Shown: positions 8,569 to 21,618, counted from the first letter of the stretch. The stretch: DNA of 64,000 nt from Scenedesmus sp. PABB004 (GCA_014905635.1 JABVCE010000009.1:1116001-1180000), one strand, 5' to 3'. A program made the numbers and translations. Notes: generated from the sequence alone by a model not told the origin.

Positions 8569-11500
8569 ATGCTGCTGTCGAGCGCGGCCGCCGCTGCGGG
8601 CGGCGCGCCCGCCGTCCTGGCGGCGGGCGGCCCCGCCCTGGCGCGCCTGGCCGCCGCGCTGGGCGGCGGCGGCGCCGCCGCCGCGCCCTGGCGCGCATCG
8701 CTGCACGCGCCGGCCGCCGCCGCCGGCGGCGGGCGCGCGCCGCTGCCGCTGCCGCTGCTGCTGCGCCGGGCGCACGGCGGCGACGCGCGCGCGCCGCGCG
8801 AGGACCCCGCGGAGCGCGTGCGCAAGAGCGTCAAGGTGGGCGCGGCATGCTGGCGCCGACGCGCGCGGGCGCTGCCGCCCCCGCTGCCGCGCGCTCAGCC
8901 CCCGCTGCCGCCGCCGCTGCCGCCGCCGCCGCAGGACTTTGCCAAGCTGCCGTGGGAGATTGACACGCCGCCGGACAAGGCCGCCGCGGTGCTGGGGAGC
9001 TACCTCGGCGTGACGGGGCTGGAGCCGGGCGCCGTGCTGGACCTGGACGTCGACCAGATCACAGGTGACGGCGGCGGCCGCGGCCGTCACACGGCGCGCC
9101 CCCGCGGCGGCCGCGCACGCAGCAGCACGGCCGCGTGCCGCCGCGAGCTGGCGCAGCAGCATCATCTGCAGGGGCAGCAGCGGAGGCAGCGGCCGAGGCG
9201 ACGGCGCCAGCGGCGGCCCGCCCCGCGCCCGCGCAAGCAAACGCGGCGCGCGCACCCCGCTCCCCGCCCCCTCATCTCATGCGCACACGCACGCACGACG
9301 CTGCGTGCGCAGGCATCCTGGAGGAGACGACCAACCGCGGCAACACAGCGCTCGAGGCGGCGCTCTTCTCGCACGCCGACGGCGTGACGTCGCGGTTCTT
9401 CGGCCCTAACGTCTACTACCGCGGTATCGTGGAGTTCAGCAACGTCTGCACCAACGACTGCGGCTACTGCGGCATACGGTGCGCCGCCGCTTGGCCGCCT
9501 GCGCGCGGCGCGGCGCGGCGCGGCGCGGGGACGCGGCGCGGCGAGCCCCGGCGGCGGCGCGCGCGGGGGGGTCGCGGCGCCGGCGGGGCGCGGCCGCGGG
9601 GGCAGGCCGCCCGCCCGCCACGCGCGCCCTCCCTCGCCCTCCCCGGCGCCGCGGCGGCGCGTCGCAGGAAGCACGCGTCTGGTGTGCGGCGGTACACCAT
9701 TCCCATTGACGAGGTGGTGGACGTGGCGCGGTGGGCGTTTGAGAACCGCATGGGCACGCTCATGCTGCAGGTGGGGCGCCCTGCGCGTTTGCGCGCGCGT
9801 GCGCGCGTTTGCGCGCCGGCCGAGCGTGGCGGCAGCCCCGAGGGCACGGCGGCGGCGGTGCGGGGGTTGGGCACGGCCGAGCGCGCCCGCGCGCCGCCGC
9901 CGCCGCCGCCGCGGCGCAGGCGGGCGAGCTGCCGACGCGGGCGCGGCTGGAGTACCTCAAGACGCTCACGCGCCGCGTGGTGGACGAGACGGTGGCGATG
10001 GACCTCGAGGCGCGCGGCCTCGACCCAAAGGCACGCGCCGCGCCGCGCCGCGCCGCGCCGCGCCGCCGCGCCGTGCCTGCAGCGCAGCATACAGCAGGGC
10101 CGCGGCGGGCGCCGAGCTGCCCCGGCAGCGGCGCGCGCAGCGCCGGCGCGCGGCCCGCCGCCCGATGCCGCGCGCGCCGCGCGCCGCGCGGCGCCGCGCA
10201 GGGTCCGCCGCCGCCCGACGCGGGCGAGCTGGGGCTGCGCGTCGCGCTGAGCGTGGGGGAGCTGCCGGAGTCTGACTACCAGGAGCTGTATGACGCGGGT
10301 GAGGAAGGCCCGCCTGTGTTTGCGGCCCGCCTGCGTGTGCGTGCGGCCGCCTGCGCGCCCGCCTGCGCTCGCGCGTGTGCGTGCGTGTGCGTGCTTGTGT
10401 GTGCGTGTGTGTGTGCGTGCAGGCGGAAGCGGCAGCGGCCCAGGGCGCTGCGCCGCGCCCCGCCGTCGCCCCGCGCTGGCCGCCGGCCCCGCCCGCCCAC
10501 CTGCCCGCGCCGCCCGCCGCACCCCCCCCCATGCCGCCGCGCCGCGCCGCAGGCGCGCGTCGCTACCTGCTGCGCATTGAGAGCAGCAACCCGGAGCTCT
10601 ACGCCGCGCTGCACCCGCAGGGCATGGCCTGGCAGCGCCGCGTGGACTGCCTGCACGCGCTCAAGCGCATCGGCTACATGGTGCGACTGTGGGTGGTTGT
10701 TGTGTGGGGTTGGGAGGCGCAGTGTGTGCCTGTGCGTGTCTGTGTGGGTGTGCGACCGTGGGGCGTGGCTGCGTGGCTGCTCGCGTCGCTGGCCGCGACG
10801 CGCGGCCGCCGCCCTCCTGCCCAGCCCCCGCCGCCACCAACACCCTGTCGCCGCCGCCGCCGCGCGCGCGCGTGCGCGCCGCCCAGGTGGGCACAGGCGT
10901 GATGGTCGGCCTGCCGGGGCAGAGCCTGCGAGACCTGGCGGGGGACATACGCTTCTTCAAGGACCTCAACGCCCACATGATCGGCATGGGGCCCTACATC
11001 ACAGGCGCGCGCCGCCAGGGTTTTGGTGTAGGGCGCGGCACGCAGGGTTTAGCAGGGGGGTGACAAGGGCTCACCGTGGTGCAGCGTTTTGAGTGCTCGC
11101 CGGACGGGCGCGCCGCGGCGCGGCGTCCCCCCCGGCGGCGCCTCCTCAGCCCCGCGCGCGCGCCCGCCCGCGCCGCAGAGGCGGGCACGCCCGTCGCGTC
11201 GATGTGGGAGAGCCTGTACGGCCACGTGGACAAGGCCAAGCACATGAAGGCGATGTTTGAGCTGACCACGCGCATGAACGCCCTCGCGCGCATCGTGGTG
11301 AGAGAGGGGGAGAGGAGGATATTGCTGCAGGGAAGGGAGGGAGGGGCGGTGGGAGGGAGGGAGGGAGGGTGGGCCGAGGGATGGACGGGGATGGGGCGGC
11401 GGCGAGCCGACGGGGAGGGCCCCCGCCGCCCACCCCCCGCCCACGTGGCGGCCGCCGCCGCACGACCGCGCGCTCGCCGCGCAGGTGGGCCCCGCCAACA

Positions 11501-13077
11501 TCAGCGCGACGACGGCGCTGCAGGCGATCGAACCCAACGGCCGCGAGGTCGCGCTGCGGCGCGGCTGCAACGTGCTCATGCCCATCCTCACGCCCACCAA
11601 GTGAGCGCCGAGCCCTGAGCCCCCCCCCCTAGGGCAGGGTTTATGGGGCAGGGCCGCGGCGGGGTCGCCGGGCAGGGCACCGCGCGCGGGCCACGGGGTG
11701 GCGGCGCCAGCGGGGCCCGGGCGGCGCGGCGGCCCCAGCCCACGGCGCGGCCGGCGGCCCCGGGCGCGTGCAACCCTGGACCCTGCGCCTGGGTGCGGCG
11801 GCGTCTAAACCCTGAAACCCTAAACCCTTACCGCTGCCGCCGCCTTAAACCCTGCCGCAGGTACCGTGAGCACTACCAGCTGTACGAGGGCAAGCCCTGC
11901 ATCACCGACACCGCTGACGAGTGCCGCAAGTGCCTCAACGCCCGCGTCGCCATGATTGGTGGGGGGGGGGGGCGCTTGGATGTGGCTGGGCGCTGCGCCG
12001 CCGCCGCCGCGCTGAGCGTGGAGGGAGCGGGAGGGAGGGGCGGCCCGCGGGGGCGTGGAGGGACACAGCGGCGGGCGTGGAGGGCGATGGGGCCGGCGGC
12101 GCGCGCGCCCGCGCCGCGCACGGACAAAGCTAACAGCGCCGCGACCCGTCGCGCGCGGCCGGCGCGCCGCGCGCCGCGTGCCGCCGCGCAGGCAAGAAGA
12201 TGCAGCAGGGCGCGTGGGGCGACCCGCTCAACTTCCTGGCCCCCGTGGCGGGCGTGGACGTGGGCGCGCTCGCGCGCGCGCAGGCCGCGGCCGCGCCGCC
12301 GCCGGGCGCAGGTGCGGGCGGCGCGGCGCGCCGCGGCGCCTAGGCGCGCGCCCCGCGCCGCCGCGCCGCCGAGCGCCGCGCGGCGCTGTAACGCCGACGC
12401 GCCGCCCGCCCCCGCGCCCGCCCGCCCCCGCGCCCGCCCGCCCCGCGCCGCCGCGCCCGCCACGCCCGCCGCAGCGCGCGGCCTCCACACCAGCGCGCGG
12501 CGCCTCGCCCGCGCCAGCGCCGCGCCCTGGGGCCCCAGCCCCGCCGCGCCCGCCGGCGCGCGGGGGCTGCACGCCGGCGCGCGCGCCGCGTCGCCGGCGG
12601 AGCCCGACCGCGCCGCCGCTGCGGGCGCGTGCGCGGGCGCGGGCGCGGGCGCTGCCGGCCCCACGCGGGGGAGCGACGTGCCGCGCGTGAACATCGGCGT
12701 GTTTGGGGTGATGAACGCTGGCAAGAGCACACTCATGAACGCCATCACGCGCCAGGTGGGGGCGCGGGGTTTAGGGTGGGGGGGGGGCGCAGGGTTTAGG
12801 GTGGGGGGCGCAGGGTTTAGTAGGGTTGACGGGGCTTAGAGTTCAAGGGGTGCAACAAGGCGGCGGCGATTTCAGGGCCCCGAGGTTTCAAGGGTTGAGG
12901 GGTGGAAGGGATTGAACAAGTCGGGGGCGGCCACGCGCCGCCATTGCTTCCTGGGTGAGGCCGGGGGCTGCTGCGTGTGGGTGGGGCGGGCGCCAAAGTC
13001 GCGCGCGCACACGACCTCCGCCCGCCGCCCCCTGCAGGAGACGAGCATCGTCGACGCGACGCCCGGCACGACCGCGG

Positions 13078-13161
<84 letters not shown>

Positions 13162-14745
13162 GCGTGTGCGTGTGCGTGTGTGTGTGGGGGGGGGGGGGGG
13201 GCATGTGGGCGTGCGGGGCGCGCCGCGCGGCCGCTGCGCCGCCCCGCGCCGCGCCGCACTCCACTGCCGCCGCGTCCGCTGTTCCGCTGTGCTGTGTGCT
13301 GTGCAGACGTGAAGACGAGCCTCATGGAGCTGCACGACCTGGGGCCGGTGAAGCTCTTTGACACCGCGGGCATCGACGAGCCGGGTGCGCGGCGCCCGCT
13401 GCGCGCCGTGCCCCCGCGCCCCCCGCCGCCCGCGCAGGCCCCAAACCCTGAACCCCGGCGCCGCCACACCCGCCGGACACCCGCCCGCCTGCCTGCCTGT
13501 GCGCGAACCGCCGCCAGGCGAGCTGGGCGACAAGAAGCGGCGCAAGAGCCTGTCGGCGCTCAAGGAGAGCGACCTGGGCGTGCTGGTTGTGGACGTGGCG
13601 CGCGCCGCGGCCGCGGCCGGCGCCGCCGCGGCGGCCGCGCCGCTCGACGGCGCGGGGCTCGAGCCGGCGCTCGCGGCGGCGCTCAAGTGGGAGCTGCAGG
13701 CGAGCGGCGCGGCCGCGGGGGCGCCGCCGGGGCGCCACGCCCAAGGCCCCTCGGGCTGAGCTGCGTTGCGCGCGCCTGCCTCGGCCTGCCCCCGCCCGCG
13801 CTGCCGCCCGCGCGCTCACGTGCCGCCGCCGCCGCGGCCGCCGCTGCTGTGGCGCCGCCGCGGCCCAGGTGCTGGCTGACGCCGCGCACTACGGCGTGGT
13901 GCCGCTGCTGCTGCTGAACCTGAAAGGCTGCCCCCGCGGGGGGGCCACCGACGCGGTGCTGGCGGCAGCCAAGGTGGGCAGGGCAGGGCGCTGCCTGCCC
14001 TTTCCGCGCCAGCACAGCCCCAGCAGCCCCCGCGGGACAGCCCCTCGCGCCCTTGCGGGCATCTGGCCCTCTGTCCCCCCCCCTGCATCGGCCCGCCGCC
14101 GCCGCGCGCGCCACCTCCGCGCCCGCCCACCTCCGTGCCCCCGCCCCGCCCGCGCAGCGCGTGCTGGACCCGGACGGCTCCGCGCTGACCCTCACGCTGG
14201 ACCTGCACGACGCCGCCGCCGACGTGCCCACGCGCGTCGCCAGCTTCCTGCAGGCGCGCACCGCCGCGGGGCGCGGCGGCGGCCGCCGCCACAGGCTCCC
14301 TCTCTCGCTCTCTCGCTCTCTCTCGCCCTCTCTCGCTCTCTCTCGCTCTCTCTCGCTCTCTCTCGCTCTCTCTCTCGCGCGCGCGCCGCCCCCGCCTGCT
14401 GCCTCACCGCCGCTGTTCCGCCGCGCACCGCGCGCCGCGCAGGACGGCGTCACGCGCAGCCGCAAGCGCCCCGCGACGCGGTCGCTGCCCGAGTGGGCGC
14501 TGTCCCCCGAGGCCGCTGTGTTTCTGAACATCCCCATGGACGCGGAGACGCCGAGCATGCGCCTGCTGCGCCCGCAGGCGCTGGTGCAGGAGGAGGCGAT
14601 TCGCTACTGGGCCACCACGACCGCATACAGGCGCGCACGCACACACACGCCCAGGGGGTGGTCGTGGGGGGGGGGGGGAGGGGTGCGTGTGTGTTGGACG
14701 GAGAGAGGTGGGGGGCACAGCGGGGGGCGTGCGTGAGCCAGAGGC

Positions 14746-14781
<36 letters not shown>

Positions 14782-15963
14782 CGTCAGCGTCCCGCCCCCC
14801 AACCCCCGCTCTCCCCCTTGCCTCCTGCCCCTGCCCCTGCCCCTGCACACGCAGGATGGACCTCGCCGCCGCGCGCAGCGGCGACCCCGCCGCTGTCGCG
14901 GCGGAGCGGGCGCGCTTTGACCGCGCGCTCGCGCCGCTGCTGGCGCACGGCGGGCCCAAGCTGCTGGTCACCGACTCGCAGGCACGTGCGCGGGGGGTGG
15001 GGCGGGGCGGGGGGCTCAGGGCCTGGGGTCTGGGGTTTGGGGTCAGAGGCTCAAACCCCGCCAAACCCCGCCAAACCCCGCGCGGCCCGCCGTCGTCGCC
15101 CGCCAGGCCATGGACGTGGTGCACCCCTGGACGCTGGACGCGGCCGGGGCGCCGCTGCTGCCGATCACCACGTTCAGCGTGGCCATGATCCACCGCCAGA
15201 GCGGCGGCAAGCTGCCCCTCTTCGTGCAGGCGCGCGCGGGGGCGCGCACGCGCACGCGCCCGCCGCTCGACCGGCCGCCTCCCCCCACACCACCCAACCC
15301 GCACCCGCCCGCACCCGGCACGCCACACACCCACACACCTCGACACTCCCCTTCCACTAAACCCTAACCCCTCCCCCCCCCCAGGGCATCCGTGCGCTCG
15401 AGGCGGGCCTGTCCCCGGGCGACCGCGTGCTGGTCGCGGAGGCGTGCAACCACAACCGCATCACCGACCACTGCAACGACATCGGCATGGTCCAGATCCC
15501 AACCGCCCTCGCCAAGCTCTGCGGCGCGGGGCTCGCGATCGAGCACGCGTTTGGGCGGTGCGCGCGCGCGCGCCGCACGCGCGCACCGGCCGCCGCCCCG
15601 CCGCCTGGCTGCCGCCGCGCCCGCCCGCGGCCGGCTGTCCCCGCGCGCGGCCGGCCGCCCGCGCGCCCTCGACCCCTCCCCGGCCCGACCCCCCTCCCTC
15701 CCTCCCTCCCCGGCCACCCGCAGCGAGTACCCAGAGCTGGCCGAGGGCGGCGGCGCCGGCGGCGCGGGGCGGGCGCGGCCCCGCGGTTCAAGCTCGCGCT
15801 GCACTGCGGGGGCTGCATGATCGACGCCCAGAAGATGCGCGCCCGCATCGCGGACATGGAGGACGCGGGCGTGCCGGTCACCAACTACGGGCTCTTCCTC
15901 TCATACGTGCAGTCGCCCGACGCGCTCGCGCGCGTGCTGGAGCCCTGGGGCGTCAGCCTGTGA
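8569..15963 (+). CDS. HYDEF: Fused [FeFe]-hydrogenase maturase HydEF (radical SAM HydE plus GTPase HydF), 23 exons
   Basis: HydE: RGIVEFSNVCTNDCGYCGIR, YLLRIE, GTGVMVGLPGQ, GMGPYI, GCNVLMP, YQLYEGK. HydF: GVMNAGKS, PGTTAD, DTAG, VTDSQ, EACNH...HCGGCM, TNYG. Continuous spliced frame. Confidence 0.96.
13079..13185. repeat. (GT)n microsatellite in a HYDEF intron
   Basis: Long GT dinucleotide run followed by poly-G. Confidence 0.95.
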
Positions 15964-16466
15964 TGGGGGACCGCAGGGCGGAGGGAGGGGGGGGGAGGGA
16001 TAGGGGGTCCCCGCCACGCGCCGCGCAGCCGCGCGCGCGCCGCGCGGCGCGCGCGCGGCACCGACGGCGCACGGCGGCAGCGGCTTGTGCGCTCGCTCGC
16101 TCGCTCGCTTGCTCACGCGTCTTCATTGCAATTCCTGGCCCCCGCGCATCCACTGCACTGCACTGCACTGCGGCGCAGCCACGGGCGGCGGGGCGCGCGG
16201 CGGTCGCACTTGAACCGCACCATCAATCAACCGCGCGCCGACGCGGAGGTTGTGGCTGCACTGCCTGCGCTGACTGCAATCACCTGCGCGAGCCGGGGCC
16301 GCACGCACGCGCCACCCGACCTAGACGGTGCAGCAGCCTCAGCCGCCGCCCGTGCTGCCGCTGCTTCTGCCACGCGCGCGCAGCTCTGCCGGCACTCGGC
16401 ATCCCCGCAAGCACGCCGACGGCCTGCGGCGCGCGCGCCGCGCGACGCGCCGCGGCCCGAGCCAAC

Positions 16467-18420
16467 ATGCAGATCAGTTCACCGCGCCCCCGCGGCGCCC
16501 ACGCGGTGCGGCGGGTGGCGTGGCCGCGCCAGCTGGTTCGCGCCGCTTTTTTCGAGCTCACGCGACGCCCGCCGCGACCGCAGGCCGCGCCGCCGCGCGG
16601 GCTGCCGCGCCGCCGGCTGCCGCTGCTGCTGCCGCTCGCCGCGGGGAGCCGCGGCGCCGGCGACGCCTGGTACGACGCCGCGCCGGCGCCCCGGCAGTCG
16701 GCGCAGCAGGAGAGTCGGTCGTCGACGCAGGGGGCCAGGCAGCAGCGCAGCCGGCACTACTACGACAGCACGCCGCGCCACAAGCAGCGCGGCGGCGGCC
16801 GCGGCGGCGGCCGCCGCGACGAGGACGACGCCGGCGGCGACGGCGACGGCGACGGCGACGGCCCGGGCTGGTGGGAGGTGCCGCGCGAGGCGCGCGCCGC
16901 GGCGCAGGCCGCGGCCGCGGCGGAGGCCGCGGCAGCGGCGGCGGCGCGACCGGCTGACCTGGAGCTGGAGCCGTGGCAGCGCGAGCGCCTGATGCTGGCG
17001 GCGGGCGGCAGCAAGAAGAAGATGGCGGTGCAGCAGCTGGCGGCCGACCTGGGGCTGGACCGGTCAGAGGTGCTCGCCTGGGTGGCAGAGTTCCGGGCGC
17101 AGCCGCGCGCCGAGCAGGAGCGCCTGCTCGCGCCGCTCGCGCCGCGCCTGCAGGAGCAGGCGGCCGCAGCCGCGGCGGCCGCGGCGGCAGCGGCCGCGGC
17201 GGCAGCGCCGCAGCGGCCCAGCGGGCAGCGGGCGCCGCAGCAGGGCGCGGGCGCGCGCGGCGAGGAGGCCTGGGGCGCGCTGGGCGGCGGCGCCGGCGCG
17301 GGCGCCGCAGGTGCCGCGGGCCGCGCCGGTGCGGCGCCGGGCGGGCCGCTGCCGTTCAGCGCGCCCAACCCCAACACCGGCTTTGTGCCGTACGCCGCGC
17401 GCAAGGCCGGCGGGCCGGGCGGCGGCCGGGGCCGGCGCCTGCCCGGCGAGGTGCTGCGCACGCTCGAGGGCGTGTATGGCCGCAGCCCCTGGCCCAGCCG
17501 CGACGTCGTCGCTGGGCTGTACGACCTCCACCGCCTGCACAGGCGCGGCGACGCGCGGGGCGCGGCGCGCGACGCACACACGCGCAGGGCTGGCCAGGGC
17601 CGCGGCCGGGCGCGGCGCGCGCCGACGCGCGTATGCCGCCGCCGCGCAGGGACGTGGTGCTCGAGTGGTTTGCCGAGCGGCGCGGCATGGACGGCCTGCC
17701 GGACAACCCGCGCCAGGCCAAGCTGGCCGGCGCGCGCGCGGGCGCGAAGCAGCAACGCCACCTGCTCGACCCCTGGGCACCGCCCGGCGAGGAGGAGGAG
17801 GCGGCCGCGGCGCCGGCGCCGGCGTCCGCGCCCGCGCCACAGGCGGCCGTGCCGGACGGCCGCATGTGGCAGCAGCAGGTCGCTGACGCGATCAGCGGCG
17901 CTGAGGCGCCGCCGCGCGCGCCGCCCGCCAAGCCCGCGCCGGCGCCGGCGGCCGCCAGCGCCGCGGCGCCGGCGGCCGGCCCGGCGGCCGCAGCGGTGTC
18001 GCGGCTGACCGCGCGCGAGCTGGCGTCGCTGCGCAGCGCGCTGCCAAGCCCCCGCAAGCACAAGGGCGCGCGGCTGGCGGAGGAGCTGGGCATCAGGCCA
18101 GGTGCGCTGGCAGGCCGCCTGGGCGCTGTCGCTCGCCGCGCGGCGGGGCGGCGCGGCGCGGCGCATCGCAGTGGCGCCCGCCACGCCGCTGCGCGCGACC
18201 GGTCGCCGCAGCCCACGCGCGCGCCGCCGTCGCGCGCCCCGCTCGCCCCGGCTTCGCAGCCAAGGGCCCCGGCGCCGCGCCGGCGCTGGAGATCGCCGGC
18301 ATCACTCTAATAGCGCGCGACGGCGGCGCGGCGTGGCGCGGCGCGTGGCGGCGGCGGCGCGCGGCCAGGGGCCTGCCGGCGGCGCGGCTCGACTTTCAGC
18401 GCGCGAGCTGGCTGCTGTGA
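16467..18420 (+). CDS. Homeodomain-like protein, OCP3-like, with probable transit peptide (3' end tentative)
   Basis: LEPWQRERL...KKKMAVQQLAADLGLDRSEVLAW and LRTLEGVYGRSPWPSRDVV...DVVLEWFAERR resemble the two helical modules of plant OCP3. Confidence 0.6.
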
Positions 18421-18492
18421 GCGTGCGCGTGCGGCCCGGTTACAGAGCTGCGCTCGCGGCGCCCGCCCGCAGCCCCCCGCGGCGCCGCGCGG

Positions 18493-21037
18493 TCAGCCGG
18501 CGGGCGCGCCGCGCTCGACCGCCGCGCCGCCGCCGCCCGGCGCGCACAGCGCGCCCGCCTCGACGCCCGGCCGCCACAGCACCTCGGGCGTGGCGCCGTG
18601 CGTGAGGGTGCCGAGGCCCCAGTGGAAGTCATAGGCTTCCGGCCACTGCTCGGCGAGCAGCGCCGCGGTCTCAGGCATCTCCAGCCCCAGGCGGCCCGCG
18701 AAGTGGGCGTAGCCGATCTCCCACCCGCTGCGCGACCGGGCAGGCGGGCAGGCGGCAGCAGGGCAGGGGCGGGGCGTCGCGGGCGGCGCGGGCGGCGCGG
18801 CGCGGCCGGCGCGGCGCGGCCGGCGCGGCGCGGCCGGCGCGGCCCAAGCTCGGCTCGCCGCCGCGTGGGCTCACGTGGGCAGGAAGACCACGCCCACGAG
18901 GTACTTGACGCCGTCGTCCAGCGTGGCCACCGGGGCGTAGGTGCTCGCGTTGAGGGCGGTCCACGCCTGGCCGCGCATGTCAAAGCGCCATAGGCACCCC
19001 GCCGGCGGCGGCGGGAGCGAGGTCTCCGCAAACGCAAAGCCCGGCGGCAGGAGCGCGCTGTCGTTGGCGAGCCCGGCGCGGATGATGCGGGCGTGGAGCT
19101 CCATCGCCGCCGCGAGCGCGTGGCCGCCGGCGGAGTAGATGTCGTCGTCCCCCGCCTGCCACGCGAGCTCCGCCGCCTGCAGCAAACCCCCCAGCCCGAA
19201 CTGCGAATGATAGCTGCGGCGCGGGGCGGTGCGGCTCTCAGCGCGCGCAGCGGCGCGGGGCCGGCGTAGGCGCGTCGCGCGCACGGCACGGGAAGACGCG
19301 CCCGTGCGCAGCAGCCCGGCCTCCGCTCGCCCCGCTCGCGGCCGCCTCACATGTCGCGCAGCGTCTCGCTGCACATGCCGAGCACGCCGCCCGCGTCGCC
19401 GCGGCCCCACTTGAGGTAGTCCCCGACCGTCGCCGCGTGCAGCGCCAGCCCCTTGGCAAAGCGCGCCGCGTCGTCGGTCAGCAGCCCGTGCGCCATGTAG
19501 GCCTCGGCGACCGTCGCGTGCCCTGCGCGGGAAGCGGCGGCGGCGGCGGCGCGCGTGGGCGGGCTCGCCCCGTCGCTGGGCGGCGGGCGCCCGCCCCGGC
19601 AGAGGGGCATCCCCTCGGCTGAGCTCACAGTTGCCATAGAGATGCTGCACGCCCGCCGCGAGGGCGGTGGGGGTCTCCAGGTCAACATAGCGATCCATCT
19701 GGTGCCGCCGCGGGGCAGGGAGGAGCAGGGAGGCAGGGTCAGCCGAGGGCGGCAAGTGCCGTTGAGTGAGCGGCGAGGGCCGGGGCGGCGGCGCGCACCG
19801 CCGTCCCCACCCACCTGGGGCATGAGCACGTCCGTCACCCACGCGGCGTAGCGTGCGACAACGTCGTCCGCGCCGGGGGCGCCGCGCAGCAGCTCCAGGG
19901 CCTTGGAGAAGCTCGCCGCCACCCACCCGGCCTCGAGCGGGCCGTTCTGGTCGGCCGGGCCCCACGCCGCGTTGGAGTCTGCCCACCCGGCCACGATGCG
20001 CAGCGCGGCGGCCGCGTGCGCGGGGTCGCGCGTCGCGTGGTACGCGAGCGCCTGCTTGAAGGCCATCGCCCCGTCCAGCTCCACCGCCGACACGTGCGCG
20101 CAGATCTCGGGCGGCGCGCCGGCCGGGTAGCGGGGCGGGCAGGCGGTGCCCGGGGCGTTGAGCCCGCCCCACAGAATGCCCACGTCGCCCAGGGGGTAGG
20201 GCCCGGCGTAGTCGGCCGGCGTGTCGGTCGGCGGCGCCCAGCCCGACTCGTAGCGCTTGGGCGCCACGCCCTCGCCTGCGCGCGCGCGCGCGGGCAGGCA
20301 GGGCGCGGGCGGCGGCGTCGGCCGCCGCGCCGCCGCAATCCCCGCCCCATCCCGCTCCCGCCGTCGGCGCCGCTGCCCCACCCACCTGTGAGCAGGGAGT
20401 GCTTCGCGGCGGCCTGGGGCTGCTGCTCCGCGGCGAGGCGCTGCGCCATGAGCGCCAGCTCAGCGGCGCCCGCGTGCGCGGCGGGGTGCGCAAAGCCGCT
20501 GACGGCCGACAGTGAGCGCCGCGCCGCCGCGTCGGCCGCGAGCGCCGGCGGCGCGGCCGCGATCGCCGCCGCTTTGACTCGCTGGATGGTCGCCTTGGTC
20601 AGCGCGGGGACGAGCTGCCGCCGCACGCTCATGCTGTTGCCGTCAAAGGCGGGCAGGTCGACCGGCAGCAGCGCCACGCTGCAGTTGGCGCCGCCGCGCC
20701 AGTCGTACGCCGCCGCGGCAACGTCGAGGTCGGGCCGCGCCGGCAGCGCGCGCGCCGGCGGCGCTGGCGGCCCGTCGCCCTCGTCCAGCCCCGCCGGCGC
20801 GACCGCCTCGCCGGCGCGGCGGGGGCGGTGCAGGCGGCAGCAGCGCCGGAAGTCGGCGGCCGCGGAGTCGAGTGGGATTTGCCCGCAGTGCACGAGCTGC
20901 GCGGTGCTGTCGCACCGCGCCGCCGCCGACAGCTCCAGCTCCTGCGCCGCCGCCGAGCGGCACGCAAGCCCCAGGAGGAGCAACAGACCCACGCCGCCGC
21001 GCGGCGCACGGGCGCGGCCGCGGCCGGCGGAGCGCAT
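18493..21037 (-). CDS. Secreted alginate-lyase-like (alpha/alpha toroid) protein
   Basis: Hydrophobic signal LLLLLGLAC; FAHPA, NGPLEAGW, ETLRDMYHSQFGLG, AELAWQ, WEIGYAHF and WGLGTLTH resemble the Alginate_lyase family. Confidence 0.65.
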
Positions 21038-21516
21038 CGCGAGTTGGCCGGCGCTGGCGCCGCCGCTGAGCTGGGCAGCTCCCGCAGCTGCTGCCCCAAG
21101 CGCAGCGAGTGCGCGGGCTGTAGATAAGGCTCAGCGAGCAGAGAGACGCTGCCCGCCGCGCGGGGCTCGCCGCGGCGGGGCGCCCCGCACGATGGCGAAG
21201 CGCGGGAAAGGCCGTGCGGCCCGCTCGCTGCTGCTGCTCAGGCTGCGCTCACTCGCTGAGGACGTAGTTCGATTCAGTTCCAACCAGGAACGCCGCATGC
21301 GCCAACCTGGTGCGCCCCCGCCGAGCTGCTGGCTGGCGTGGCGCGAGCTCCACGCCTGCGCGGCCCGCGCGGCCTGCGCTGCCCCGGCGATGAGCTGCCT
21401 GAATCTCCAATTAGCGTCGTGGGTCCCGCGTCGTCGCGGAGTTGCCTGGGCGCCGGGAGCACGGCTGCAGCTGACCCGGCCAACCACCGCGGTGCGGCGG
21501 CTCACTCTCTCGAAGC

Positions 21517-21618
21517 TCACGGCCGCCGCGCCCGGCCGCCGCCGCGCCCGCCGCCGCGCCCGCCGCCGCGCGCGGCGCTGCTACCCCTGCCGGCCCCACG
21601 CCCGCGCCCGCTGCGCTG

